Notes: a model not told the origin generated them from the letters alone. Positions 1 to 9,589 are shown, counted from the first letter of the stretch. The stretch is 39,207 nt of DNA from Patescibacteria group bacterium UBA4664 (GCA_943354575.1 CALRCL010000003.1:1-39207); one strand, 5' to 3'. Numbers and translations: made by a program.

Positions 1-711
1 TATAACTGTGGTTTTGGACTTAGCGATAACGCCAGTTAGCTTACGCAAAGCTTGGCTCATTAGGCGAGCCTGCAGGCCCATGTGGCTATCACCCATATCG
101 CCTTCTATTTCGGCACGGGGTACAAGTGCTGCCACCGAATCGATAACAACAATATCGACGGCGCTACTACGCACTAGCGTCTCACATATTTCGAGGGCTT
201 GTTCGCCAGTATCTGGCTGCGAAATCAGCAAGTCGTCGAGCTTAACACCTATCTTAGCGGCATACTCTGGGTCGACAGCATGTTCGGCATCGATGAAGGC
301 AGCCAGGCCACCGCGCTTTTGTACCTCAGCCACTGCATGCAGGGCCAAGGTAGTTTTGCCACTAGATTCTGGGCCGTATATTTCGATAATTCGACCTTGT
401 GGCAGACCGCCACCCAAAGCGATATCAAGAGACAGGCTGCCGGTAGGGATTGTCTCGACTGCGACATTCATACCCTCACCCAGTTTCATGATTGAGCCTT
501 GCCCAAACTGGCGTTCGATTTGCTCGACGGCTAACTCGACGGCTTTGAGCCTCGAAGCTTTTTCTTTGGCATCTACGCTAGTTATTTTGTCTGATTTTGC
601 TTTTTTTGCTGGTTCGGCCACTGAGTTCTCCTGTGTTTTAGTTGCTGATGATTGCTGCTTTGTAACCTCTGCGGTACTTGCTGGTTGTTTTTGTAATTGT
701 GCTGTTGTCAT
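1..711 (-). CDS. recA: Recombinase RecA (5' part; 3' end runs off the window)
   Basis: Not in the ORF track; translated by hand from ATG at 711: ...[14 protein letters not shown]...[34 protein letters not shown]...[11 protein letters not shown]...[18 protein letters not shown]...[14 protein letters not shown]-like AGGAGGG lies just upstream. Confidence 0.98.
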   Translation of the reverse strand, partial: MTTAQLQKQPASTAEVTKQQSSATKTQENSVAEPAKKAKSDKITSVDAKEKASRLKAVELAVEQIERQFGQGSIMKLGEGMNVAVETIPTGSLSLDIALGGGLPQGRIIEIYGPESSGKTTLALHAVAEVQKRGGLAAFIDAEHAVDPEYAAKIGVKLDDLLISQPDTGEQALEICETLVRSSAVDIVVIDSVAALVPRAEIEGDMGDSHMGLQARLMSQALRKLTGVIAKSKTTVI

Positions 712-758
712 TATACCCTCCTAAAGATATGTTCGGTTTTTATTCTTAAAGTAAGATT

Positions 759-788
759 ACTATACCGAACATCAGGCGTACATGTCAA
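759..788 (-). promoter_or_regulatory. Putative sigma70 promoter of recA
   Basis: TTGACA (788-783), 18 nt spacer, TATAGT (764-759) on the minus strand. Confidence 0.7.
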
Positions 789-897
789 CATATTTTTTGA
801 ACTTTTATAGCATTTTGTACCATTAACGGCTTTGGCAGATTTGTTTTGTACTCTTATTTAAGCAGAAATCGTCTGCTAATGAAAGCGTTGGCGAACA

Positions 898-1395
898 CTA
901 GCGAAAATTGGTGAAGTTTAGGGGCATATCGAGCTCGGAACCCTTGAGCAAGTGCATCACATTTTGGAGGTCGTCTTTGGAGGCCGATGTCACGCGGACT
1001 TCTTGGCCTTGGATTTGGGTTTTGACCTTGGGGTAAGTGTCGCGGATTAGTTTGGTGATTTTTTTGGCCTTATCTTGATCAAGCCCCTGCACCAACGGCA
1101 GCGACTTCTTATAGACCATCGATGACTGCGTGATTTCCTGAGACTTGTCCATATATTTGAGGTCGAGACCGCGTTTTATAAACTTCGACTCGAGTGTATC
1201 GACAATGGTTTCGAGCTTGAGCTCGGAATTAGATTCGATATCTATTTTTTGAGATTCTTTGTCGTAGTTAATTTTGGAGCCGGTACCTTGAAAATCGTAG
1301 CGAGTTTGGATTTCGCGGGCAGTTTGATCAACTGCATTGTTCATTTCGGACTGATCGAACTCACTGACTACATCGTAAGAAAATGTTTTGCTCAT
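898..1395 (-). CDS. yajQ: YajQ family nucleotide/c-di-GMP-binding protein
   Basis: SYDVVSEFD..E..NAVDQ..REI.TRYDF.G and KVKTQIQGQEVRVTS..KDDLQ...PLNFTNFR match YajQ; ATGA overlap with the upstream gene. Confidence 0.93.
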   Translation of the reverse strand: MSKTFSYDVVSEFDQSEMNNAVDQTAREIQTRYDFQGTGSKINYDKESQKIDIESNSELKLETIVDTLESKFIKRGLDLKYMDKSQEITQSSMVYKKSLPLVQGLDQDKAKKITKLIRDTYPKVKTQIQGQEVRVTSASKDDLQNVMHLLKGSELDMPLNFTNFR

Positions 1396-2414
1396 TGGAC
1401 AGAAGTATCCTTATTAAATATTATGTCTTGCTTGGATTCGCCCTCCGGACCGAGGCTGCCGATAGACTTGTTGGCGACTACCGAATTGGTCAATACTACA
1501 CTGGTACTGCCGGCATTACCAGTGGTAATTCTGATAGACTGCTTGGCCTGAAACAACTGCTTGGAGCCTGGCAGCATGGTGCCCTTGAAGGCCTCCTTGC
1601 CATCAATTTTGGTGATAATATAAATCGCCTGAGGACCAGCTGTAACGACAAGCTCGACACCATCGAACACCGTACTCCTGACTACCGGCAGCGACGAATC
1701 GTTGCTGGTAGTTTTGGCATCTACGACGATTGTTTTGGTTGTTTCTTTGCCGAACTTATTGCGAGCGCTGACCTTGATTTGGTTGGAGCCATTGACCAGC
1801 ATTACGCGGTCGCTAAAAGATCCGTCGGGGGCAGATAAAATGGGCGAGTCGTTGATAAATACATCTGAACCGGTATCGACCTCGCCGCTGACGATTGCGT
1901 AGCTTGAGGTGGTGCTGGATTTTTCGGCATTAGAAAGGCGGATGCTGGGAGGCGTCGAGAGCTGCGAGAACTGCCAGCCGACATAGATGACCATCACCAG
2001 CACAAAGATGCTTGTCAGGGCCACCAAAATGGTGCGTGGGGTAATCGAATAGCTCTGCGAGCCTATTGGCTTAAGGCCGGCGATTTTTTTGGTTTTTCCA
2101 GCTGAGCCGAGCGACATATCGTATTCGTGGCGCTCGCGCGAGTATATTTTGAGTATTTCGATGGTATCAAAGCCGAGCTCTTCGGCGTAGTTTTTGACGT
2201 AGCCACGGCTGTACACATCGTTAGGCAAATTGGCGTAATCGCCTGCTTCGATTAGCTCTAGGTACTTGCGCCGAATGTGTGTGCTGCGCTCAACACTATC
2301 GAGCTCCAGCTCGAGCTGGTGCCGGCGCTTACCAAGAAGTTCGCTTAATTTTAAGCCGCCGAGACGGGCTGAGGTTATTTTTGCTGAAGATTTAGGTTTT
2401 TCATTCGGGCTCAC
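1392..2414 (-). CDS. RodZ-like protein (HTH, TM, Ig-like domain, DUF4115-like C-terminus)
   Basis: IRRKYLELIEAGDYANLP..VYSRGYVKNYAEELG is the RodZ HTH; a single TM follows, then ITTGNAGS (DUF4115-like). It lies downstream of ftsK. GTG at 2414 has GGAGG 5 nt upstream; the ORF track starts at 2435. Confidence 0.85.
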   Translation of the reverse strand: MSPNEKPKSSAKITSARLGGLKLSELLGKRRHQLELELDSVERSTHIRRKYLELIEAGDYANLPNDVYSRGYVKNYAEELGFDTIEILKIYSRERHEYDMSLGSAGKTKKIAGLKPIGSQSYSITPRTILVALTSIFVLVMVIYVGWQFSQLSTPPSIRLSNAEKSSTTSSYAIVSGEVDTGSDVFINDSPILSAPDGSFSDRVMLVNGSNQIKVSARNKFGKETTKTIVVDAKTTSNDSSLPVVRSTVFDGVELVVTAGPQAIYIITKIDGKEAFKGTMLPGSKQLFQAKQSIRITTGNAGSTSVVLTNSVVANKSIGSLGPEGESKQDIIFNKDTSVQ

Positions 2415-4521
2415 TAGTGCCTCCGCCGATTTCATCAGAGCCCGATATTAATAGCTTCCTGGGTTTTGAAGCACCTTCAGACGGACCAACAACACCTCGA
2501 TCTTCGAGCATATCTAGTAGTCTGGCGGCTCTGCCATAACCAACTCTCAGACGGCGCTGTATGAGGCTAGTTGAGCCTTTTCCGCTCTGCAAACAAACCT
2601 CAACAGCTTGGTCAAAAAGCTCGTCATCGTCGTCGTTGCCACCATCGCCGAGGATCGAAGACAGACCTTTGATCTTGACGGCTTGAGCCAAGACTTCGTC
2701 GTTGTACTGGGGCTCGCGCTGGGCTTTGAGGAACTTTGCTATTTTGGTGACTTCAGAATTACTTACCAATACACCCTGGACGCGCTTGGCCTTGAGCAGT
2801 ATTGGGCTCTTGTAGAGCATATCGCCATTGCCCAAAAGCTTTTCGGCGCCAGCGGCATCAATAATGGTTCGGGAATCGACATTGCTAGTAGTGGTCAGGG
2901 CGATCCGTGTTGGGATGTTGGCTTTGATGGTACCAGTTATGACATTGACGCTCGGGCGCTGCGTGGCAAGCACCAGGTGGATGCCTACAGCACGAGCCAT
3001 TTGTGAAATACGCTGAATCAACGCCTCTACATCTTTGCCAGCGACAATCATAAGATCAAATAACTCATCGATAACGATCACGATGAAGGGCATTTTGTCG
3101 ACATTTTTTTGCTTATTGAACTCGCCGATATCGCGCGCCGAATTGGCAGCCAGGAGCTTAAGTCGGCGCTCCATCTCGGCTACTGCCCATTTGAGTGCAG
3201 AAATGGTCTGGGTAGGCTCAAATATTACCGGGCTCAAAAGGTGCGGTATTCCTTCATAGAGTCCGAGCTCGACACGCTTGGGATCGACCAATATCAGCTT
3301 TAGCTCGCTGGGGCTGTTGCGATAAAGCAAGCTCACCAAAAGCGTATTGATCATTACACTCTTACCAGTATTGGTAGCGCCTGCTATAAGCAAGTGAGGG
3401 GCTTTTGTGAGGTCGCCAGTGACGATACCACCATTGACATCTCGCCCTAGCACAAATGTAAGCTTGGCTTTTTCGGCCTTAACTTCGTCGGATGTCATGA
3501 TATCTTTGAGACGTACGATTGAGGCTTTTTTGTTCGGAACTTCAACGCCGACCGAGCTCTTGCCTGGTATCGGGGCTTCGATTCGGATTTGCTCGGCCTC
3601 TAATGCAAGGGCTAGATTTTTGTCGAGTTCGGCGAACTTAGAGAGCTTTACACCATCTGGTGGCTTGAGCGAGTACTGCGATACAGTTGGCCCAACATCG
3701 ACACCCTCCATTTTGACTTCGTATCCGAAATCGGCAAAAGTCTTTTCGATGGTGGCGGCGTTTTTCTTGGCATCACCGGGGTCAGCCTGTGTAGTAGTGG
3801 TTTCGAGTAGTTCGGCAGATGGGTATTTCCACTCGGCATCAAATGAAGCCACGATAGGCTCTGACTCTGACTTGGGCTCGTCCTTGTCTTTGCCGATGGT
3901 ACCTGCAATTGGTAGGGTGTTGATCTTGAAAGCGGCGTCTGGATTGCCAACTTCATTTTTGTCTTTACGCATTGGGCCAAATAGCTTGCTAACAATTTGC
4001 TGGAGTCTGGCATTGGCCGATACTATCACCGATATAATGGTTAGCATTGCAAAAATAAACACTAGCACCCATCGAGTCAGAACTGGCGAGACGAGCGAAT
4101 AGATACCGTAGCCCACGACCCCTCCATAATTGCCGACGGTACTCATGCTAAAGCTCACTTCTGGGCCGAGTATAGCCTGGAGGATTGTACTAAAACATAT
4201 AAAGAAGCTAAAAATACCGACCAAGTTGTGTAGCCTGAGTGGGTGTTTTTCTTGAGCAAAAAGCATGAAAGCTACACCAAATAGAGCTATCGGGACCATA
4301 TAGACGCTCTGCCCTATCAGGAACTTTACGGCATCGAGAACCCACTTGCCGAGATTGCCGGCTACTCCGACTAGCGCCAATATCACGAATACGCCGATGG
4401 TAATTAGAAGTATCGCCAGCACTTCTTTGAGTACTGAGCGCTTTAAGCCTGTCTCCTGGTCCTGGAGATTGCTCTTGATTTGTTTTTTGCTCTTGGTTGG
4501 TTTTCGCTTGTGTTTGGCCAT
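2401..4521 (-). CDS. ftsK: DNA translocase FtsK/SpoIIIE
   Basis: N-terminal TM domain, PHLLIAGATNTGKS Walker A, IVIVIDE Walker B, HLVLATQRPS, gamma domain QRRLRVGYGRAARL. Confidence 0.97.
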   Translation of the reverse strand: MAKHKRKPTKSKKQIKSNLQDQETGLKRSVLKEVLAILLITIGVFVILALVGVAGNLGKWVLDAVKFLIGQSVYMVPIALFGVAFMLFAQEKHPLRLHNLVGIFSFFICFSTILQAILGPEVSFSMSTVGNYGGVVGYGIYSLVSPVLTRWVLVFIFAMLTIISVIVSANARLQQIVSKLFGPMRKDKNEVGNPDAAFKINTLPIAGTIGKDKDEPKSESEPIVASFDAEWKYPSAELLETTTTQADPGDAKKNAATIEKTFADFGYEVKMEGVDVGPTVSQYSLKPPDGVKLSKFAELDKNLALALEAEQIRIEAPIPGKSSVGVEVPNKKASIVRLKDIMTSDEVKAEKAKLTFVLGRDVNGGIVTGDLTKAPHLLIAGATNTGKSVMINTLLVSLLYRNSPSELKLILVDPKRVELGLYEGIPHLLSPVIFEPTQTISALKWAVAEMERRLKLLAANSARDIGEFNKQKNVDKMPFIVIVIDELFDLMIVAGKDVEALIQRISQMARAVGIHLVLATQRPSVNVITGTIKANIPTRIALTTTSNVDSRTIIDAAGAEKLLGNGDMLYKSPILLKAKRVQGVLVSNSEVTKIAKFLKAQREPQYNDEVLAQAVKIKGLSSILGDGGNDDDDELFDQAVEVCLQSGKGSTSLIQRRLRVGYGRAARLLDMLEDRGVVGPSEGASKPRKLLISGSDEIGGGTSEPE

Positions 4522-4596
4522 ATTAAGTTATTATAGCCTTATTAAGATAAGGGTTGCTAGAGTATTTTTTGGTGTATTGTTATTCAAAACATAAGT

Positions 4597-4625
4597 ATTA
4601 TAGCATATTTATGTAATAAATACAA
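4597..4625 (-). promoter_or_regulatory. Putative upstream sigma70 promoter of ftsK
   Basis: TTGTAT (4625-4620), 17 nt spacer, TATAAT (4602-4597) with extended TG. A second TATAAT lies 8 nt before the ATG (4535-4530). Confidence 0.55.
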
Positions 4626-4638
4626 CGCTTGTCAAACC

Positions 4639-6753
4639 CTAAACTTCGACAACAACAGGCAGAACAATAGGGTTGCGTTTGGTAACCTTATAGAGGTAGT
4701 TGCTGAGCTCATCGCGCATGCGGGCCTTGAAGGCTGGCGAACTGGCTGGCACGCTCGGGCTTTTGCTGGCAAAGATGTTTTTAACAATCTTACGGGAGTT
4801 ATTGAGGATATCGGCGTTATCTTTGACATAAATAAAACCACGGCTAATGACATCGGGGCTGGTTACTAGCTTGCCGGTCCGCTTATCGACCGTTGCAATA
4901 ACCATAAACACTCCGTCGCTACTCATAGCTAGGCGGTCCTTAAGGACGATTTCTTGGACATCACCGATACCGGCACCATCAATTAGTACTGCGCCAGACT
5001 GAACCTTAGGTCCGAGCTTGATGGCGTCTTTGGTCATTTCGAGAGTTTGGCCGTTTTCGATAACGAAGACATCTTTTTTGTCGTAACCCATATCGGTCGC
5101 GATTTTGGCATTATGCACTAGGTGGTGCAGCTCGCCGTGAATCGGTAAGTAGTACTTGGGCTTGGTGAGCTCGAGCATTTCTTTGACTTCATCGACATTG
5201 GCATGGCCAGAGATGTGGAATATACCAAGGTCGTCGACTCCGCGCGTGGCAGTCTGATAGACATAGGCGCCCCAACGGTAGAGATTGTCGACCATACCCC
5301 AGACCGACTTTTCGTTGCCGGGGATAATCGAAGAAGAAAGTATTACAATATCGCCTTCTTTTAATTTGACATCGCGGTGCTCTCCTTTGCCCATGCGTTG
5401 CAAGGCCGAAAACTCTTCGCCCTGCGAGCCAGTAGTAAGCACGGCTATTTCGCTATCTTGGTAGTTTTTCATATCTTGGGCCTTGATTATTAAACCAGGC
5501 GGAACCTTGATATAACCGAGTTTCACGGATAGCTCGAGGTTGTTGAGCATACTTCGGCCGGCCACCACTAGCTTACGATGGGCTTTATCGACGGCATTAA
5601 TGATGATCTGCATTCTGGTAATCTGGCTACCAAATGAAGATATGATTGCCCGGCGGTTGTAATTGCGTACCATGATTTCGTCTAGAGTATCGACAATTTC
5701 GCGCTCCGATGGAGTGCGCCCAGGGTTTTCGCAATTGGTCGAATCGCACATTAGTAGTGCTACGCCTTCGTCGCCGAGCTCTTTTAAGCGGCTTTTGTCA
5801 GATAGCTTGCCGTCTAGCGGCTCTTCTTCGAAGCGCCAATCGCCAGTGTTGATGATGGTACCAACAGGGGTGTGGATTGCCAGCGCGCAAGCGTCAGGGA
5901 TAGAGTGAGTGACGCGAATAAACTCTACGGTAAATACACCAAGCTGGATTTTGTCGTGGTTGTCTTGGTTGATGATGTGTAGCTCGGGCTTAAAATCGAG
6001 CTTGTACTCTTCGAGTTTGCGCTCGATAAACTTGATGGTAAATTGAGCTGCATAAATCGGAGCCGGGATTTTTGGTAACAGAAACGGGATACCACCAACG
6101 TGGTCTTCGTGGGCGTGCGTGATGACGATTCCACGGATCTTGTGCTTGCGTTGCTCGAGGTAGGTGATATCTGATACAACCAAGTCGATACCAGGCTGGT
6201 CTTCGTTCGGGAAGGTAAAGCCCATATCCATTACAATAATGTCATCTTCGTACTCCAGAGCCATAATGTTTTTACCAATTTGGTTGAGCCCACCAAGCGG
6301 GATTATTTTGAGCTTACCGGCGTCGATTTTGCTCATTCCTACCGGAGCTGTAACGACCGGAGCAGCTGGCTTGATCTGGTTGAAGCTACCAACCGCGTAT
6401 TGGGTTGGTCGTTTGTCGAAACGCCTGTTGTTGTTGCCGCCGCCGCGAGGCTTTTGGTAGTTGCGGTTTGGGTTACCTGGTTTGGCGCTGTTATTGTTGC
6501 GGTTACCAGCGTAGGCCGGTTTTGGCTGGGCTGGGCTAGCAGTAGCCTGTGAAGCTGGCTGTGAAGCTGGCTGTTGGGTATTTTGGCTAACCGAGTTAGT
6601 TTGGTTTGAAGCCGGCACCGAAGCCTTGGCTGCGGTTGTAGGGCTTGATTGCCCTGACTGGCTAGGTTGGCTAGGTTGGCTCGACTGATTTGTCTTATCG
6701 AGTCCTAGATCTTGCGCCGTCAATGGACGGCTTTTGAAATTATCTTTTGACAT
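4639..6753 (-). CDS. rnj: Ribonuclease J with long low-complexity N-terminal extension
   Basis: IIPLGGLNQIGKN, THAHEDHVGG metallo-beta-lactamase motif, VTHSIPD, TGSQGE, HISGHA, PIHGE. Confidence 0.97.
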   Translation of the reverse strand: MSKDNFKSRPLTAQDLGLDKTNQSSQPSQPSQSGQSSPTTAAKASVPASNQTNSVSQNTQQPASQPASQATASPAQPKPAYAGNRNNNSAKPGNPNRNYQKPRGGGNNNRRFDKRPTQYAVGSFNQIKPAAPVVTAPVGMSKIDAGKLKIIPLGGLNQIGKNIMALEYEDDIIVMDMGFTFPNEDQPGIDLVVSDITYLEQRKHKIRGIVITHAHEDHVGGIPFLLPKIPAPIYAAQFTIKFIERKLEEYKLDFKPELHIINQDNHDKIQLGVFTVEFIRVTHSIPDACALAIHTPVGTIINTGDWRFEEEPLDGKLSDKSRLKELGDEGVALLMCDSTNCENPGRTPSEREIVDTLDEIMVRNYNRRAIISSFGSQITRMQIIINAVDKAHRKLVVAGRSMLNNLELSVKLGYIKVPPGLIIKAQDMKNYQDSEIAVLTTGSQGEEFSALQRMGKGEHRDVKLKEGDIVILSSSIIPGNEKSVWGMVDNLYRWGAYVYQTATRGVDDLGIFHISGHANVDEVKEMLELTKPKYYLPIHGELHHLVHNAKIATDMGYDKKDVFVIENGQTLEMTKDAIKLGPKVQSGAVLIDGAGIGDVQEIVLKDRLAMSSDGVFMVIATVDKRTGKLVTSPDVISRGFIYVKDNADILNNSRKIVKNIFASKSPSVPASSPAFKARMRDELSNYLYKVTKRNPIVLPVVVEV
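6547..6681. repeat. Short in-frame tandem repeats in the rnj N-terminal extension
   Basis: CTGTGAAGCTGG x2 plus partial (6547-6574, QPAS-QPAS) and TGGCTAGGT x2 plus partial (6659-6681, SQP repeats). Confidence 0.8.
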
Positions 6754-6780
6754 ATTGGTTAATACATCCTTTCTTGTTAT

Positions 6781-7392
6781 TTATAATTTTACTTTGTTAA
6801 TAATGGCTAATATTTGAGGGATTTTGGCAAAATCATCAAATAATGTTTTACGCATTGATCCGTTATAAAGAGCGGCGGCTGGGTGGTAGAGTGGCAAAAA
6901 TGTTTGCTTCACTCGGACTTTAGGGCCTAGCTCGATTACCTGCATGAGAGGCTCACCGTGAGCTTCACCAATAGTGAGATTCGGGAAAAAAACATTGGCA
7001 GCGTGCCGACCCAAAAAAACTATCAGTTTGGGTCGTAAGGCGTCGATTTCCTGATACAAAATGTGCATACAGGCCTTGATTTCGGCGGCGCTGGGATCAC
7101 GGTTCTTGGGTGGTCGGAACTTGACGATGTTAGTGATAAAAACATCCTGCCGCTCGAGGCCAATGCTAGCAAGCATGGCGTCGAGGAATTTACCACTAGC
7201 TCCGACAAAAGGACGCCCGAGTTGGTCTTCCTTGGCACCTGGTGCTTCGCCAATTATCATTAGCTCGGCACTGGCGCTTCCCTCTCCTGGTACGGGGTTC
7301 AAACAAGATTTGGCGAGCTCAATATCTATAGCGCGGTTAGCGATAACACTGGCGATAGAATCTAGCTTGGCTTGCCGCTTATCTTGTTTCAT
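6781..7392 (-). CDS. Uracil-DNA glycosylase, family 4
   Basis: IGEAPGAKED..GRPFVGASG..L, ITNIVKFRPP.NRDP, YHPAAALY. Confidence 0.93.
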   Translation of the reverse strand: MKQDKRQAKLDSIASVIANRAIDIELAKSCLNPVPGEGSASAELMIIGEAPGAKEDQLGRPFVGASGKFLDAMLASIGLERQDVFITNIVKFRPPKNRDPSAAEIKACMHILYQEIDALRPKLIVFLGRHAANVFFPNLTIGEAHGEPLMQVIELGPKVRVKQTFLPLYHPAAALYNGSMRKTLFDDFAKIPQILAIINKVKL

Positions 7393-7396
7393 TTAT

Positions 7397-7448
7397 CCCC
7401 CCAGTTCTGCCCAGCTAATAGTTGGGCAGACTCTGGAGCGACAAGGGG
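7397..7448. promoter_or_regulatory. Long intergenic stem-loop between pnp and udg
   Basis: TCTGCCCA (7406-7413)/TGGGCAGA (7423-7430), extended by CCAG/CTGG and CCCC/GGGG. No U-tract. Confidence 0.55.
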
Positions 7449-7450
7449 TC

Positions 7451-9589
7451 TTACTTGGCGGCCTTAATCGAAAGGTTGAGCCGTCCGCGGTCGTCGATTT
7501 CGGTCAGCTTTACCTTGACCTCGTCGCCTTCGTTGAGTTCCTTACGAATATCCTCGACACGCTCGTCGCGGATTTGGCTGACATGGACCATGCCTTCTTT
7601 GCCAGGCATAATCTCGACGAAAGCACCGAAATCCATGACCTTAATAACCTTACCATTATACACCTTGCCAACTTCTGGTTCAGCTACTATTGCCTCTATC
7701 ATTTCCTTGGCAACTTGAGCGGCACCCGAATCGGCGCTAGATATCATAATTAGGCCGGAATCCTCGATATCGATATCAACACCAGTCTCAGCGGTGATGC
7801 GCTGGATTGTTTCGCCACCCTTGCCAATAACTTCGCGGATTTTATCGGGGTTAATTTGGAGCTTCGTGATGCGTGGCGCATAGGGGCTGAGATCAGCACG
7901 GGGCTTATCTAAAACCTTGTTCATAGCAGAGAGGATTTCGGCTCGGCCCTGCTGGCCTTGCTCGAGAGCAGCTTTGAGGATTTCAAGGCTCAGACCTTTG
8001 AGCTTGATATCCATCTGGACTGCTGTAACGCCTTGGCTGGTACCAGCTACCTTGAAGTCCATATCGCCAGCAAAATCTTCGGCGTCTTGGATGTCTGAGA
8101 GTATTACGTACTGGCTAGGGTCAGCGTGGTTAACGATTAGACCCATGGCGATACCACTAACTGGGCTCTTGATCGGTACACCAGCGTCCATGAGGCTCAA
8201 GCTGCTGCCGCAAGTGGCGGCCATTGAGGTTGAGCCAGCGCTACTTAGTATTTCGGTAACAATTCGAATGGTATAAGGAAAGTCTTCTTTGGTCGGCAAA
8301 ACAGCTTGCAGGGCTCGTTCGGCCAAATTGCCGTGGCCTATTTCGCGGCGGCTAGTAGAGCGCATTGGACGAGCCTCGCCAATCGAAAAAGATGCGAAGT
8401 TGTAGTGGTGCAAAAAGAACTTTTCGGTGTCTTCGTCCATACTTTCTATTTGCTGGGCGGCACCGGCCGGAGCCAGTGTGGTTAGGGTTAGGGCTTGGGT
8501 CGCACCGCGCGTAAATAAGCCGCTGCCGTGAGTCCTTGGAATAATACCAACCTGCATGCTCAATGGTCGGATCTCGGTGTTTTTGCGGTTATCTGGTCGG
8601 GTGGCTTCTTCAAGAATAGCTCGGCGGATTTCGGCATCGATGATTTTTTCGAAAGTTATCTCGATATCTGGGTGGCCGTAGCGAGTTTTGCCATCGTCTT
8701 CGACGTCGTCTGGTAACAGTCCGAATTCGGCCATTACCTCGTCGTGTAATTCGCCAATCGCCTCGTGGCGTTTAGATTTGTCGGCGTGCCGAACACGCTC
8801 GCCCAAGCGGGTTTTGAGGTATTCTCCAATTTTGAGCTCGACTTCGGCGTTTGGTTTAAATAGCTCAAAGTCTTTTTTTGTAATGCCGAGGTCTTTGACC
8901 ATTTTGTTTTGTAATTCAATGACCGGCTGCCAGGCTTTAATAGCCAGCTCGAAGCCATCGAGAATGACAGCTTCCGAGACTTCTGAGGCGACCGACTCGA
9001 CCATCATTATGGCGTCTTTGGTGCCGGCAACGGTGAGGTTTAGTTTGCTATCGAGCTGCTCGGTGAGGGTGGGGTTAACAACCAGCTTGCCGTCGATTTG
9101 GCCAATACGAACCGCTGCGACAGGGCCCTCAAAAGGTGTGCCAGCCAGCATTAAAGCTGTGGAAGCAGCAATAATAGAGACCACATCGGGTTCGTTTTCG
9201 AGATCAACACTCAAGACCGTAATTACTACCTGCACATCATTGCGGTAGCCTTTGGGAAATAGCGGGCGGATTGGGCGGTCGATAAGTCGAGCTGTTAGTA
9301 TCGCCTTGTCCGAGGGCCTGGCTTCGCGTTTCATGTAGCGGCTTCCAGAAATCTTTCCGGAGGCGTACCAACGCTCTTCGTAGTCGATCATTAATGGGAA
9401 GAAATCGGTGTCGGGCCTCGGTTTGGGTTCGACTATTGCAGTTGCTAGTACCATGGTGTCGCCGTAGCGAACGGTGACTGCACCGTCGGCCCTAAAGGCC
9501 ATATTGCCTGTTTCGATTATTAGTTTTTTATCAGCAAAATCGGTTTCGAATTTGAAGGTTTTGCCTCCAAAAGGATGAATTATTTCCAT
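7451..9589 (-). CDS. pnp: Polyribonucleotide nucleotidyltransferase (PNPase)
   Basis: DFFPLMIDYEE, ARLIDRPIRPLFP, HGSGLFTRG.TQ, RREIGHG.LAERAL, GDMDFKVAG, followed by KH and S1 domains. Confidence 0.98.
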   Translation of the reverse strand: MEIIHPFGGKTFKFETDFADKKLIIETGNMAFRADGAVTVRYGDTMVLATAIVEPKPRPDTDFFPLMIDYEERWYASGKISGSRYMKREARPSDKAILTARLIDRPIRPLFPKGYRNDVQVVITVLSVDLENEPDVVSIIAASTALMLAGTPFEGPVAAVRIGQIDGKLVVNPTLTEQLDSKLNLTVAGTKDAIMMVESVASEVSEAVILDGFELAIKAWQPVIELQNKMVKDLGITKKDFELFKPNAEVELKIGEYLKTRLGERVRHADKSKRHEAIGELHDEVMAEFGLLPDDVEDDGKTRYGHPDIEITFEKIIDAEIRRAILEEATRPDNRKNTEIRPLSMQVGIIPRTHGSGLFTRGATQALTLTTLAPAGAAQQIESMDEDTEKFFLHHYNFASFSIGEARPMRSTSRREIGHGNLAERALQAVLPTKEDFPYTIRIVTEILSSAGSTSMAATCGSSLSLMDAGVPIKSPVSGIAMGLIVNHADPSQYVILSDIQDAEDFAGDMDFKVAGTSQGVTAVQMDIKLKGLSLEILKAALEQGQQGRAEILSAMNKVLDKPRADLSPYAPRITKLQINPDKIREVIGKGGETIQRITAETGVDIDIEDSGLIMISSADSGAAQVAKEMIEAIVAEPEVGKVYNGKVIKVMDFGAFVEIMPGKEGMVHVSQIRDERVEDIRKELNEGDEVKVKLTEIDDRGRLNLSIKAAK

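Noticed and set aside
8-724. 238-aa plus-strand ORF
   Set aside because: Antisense shadow of recA, which occupies 1-711 on the minus strand.
861-877. AGCAGA/TCTGCT hairpin as the yajQ terminator
   Set aside because: Only 6 bp and no U-tract on the minus strand.
4584-4602. ATG-TTT-TGA minimal ORF after the upstream ftsK -10 box
   Set aside because: The ATG is only 4 nt after the -10 hexamer, probably upstream of the transcription start.
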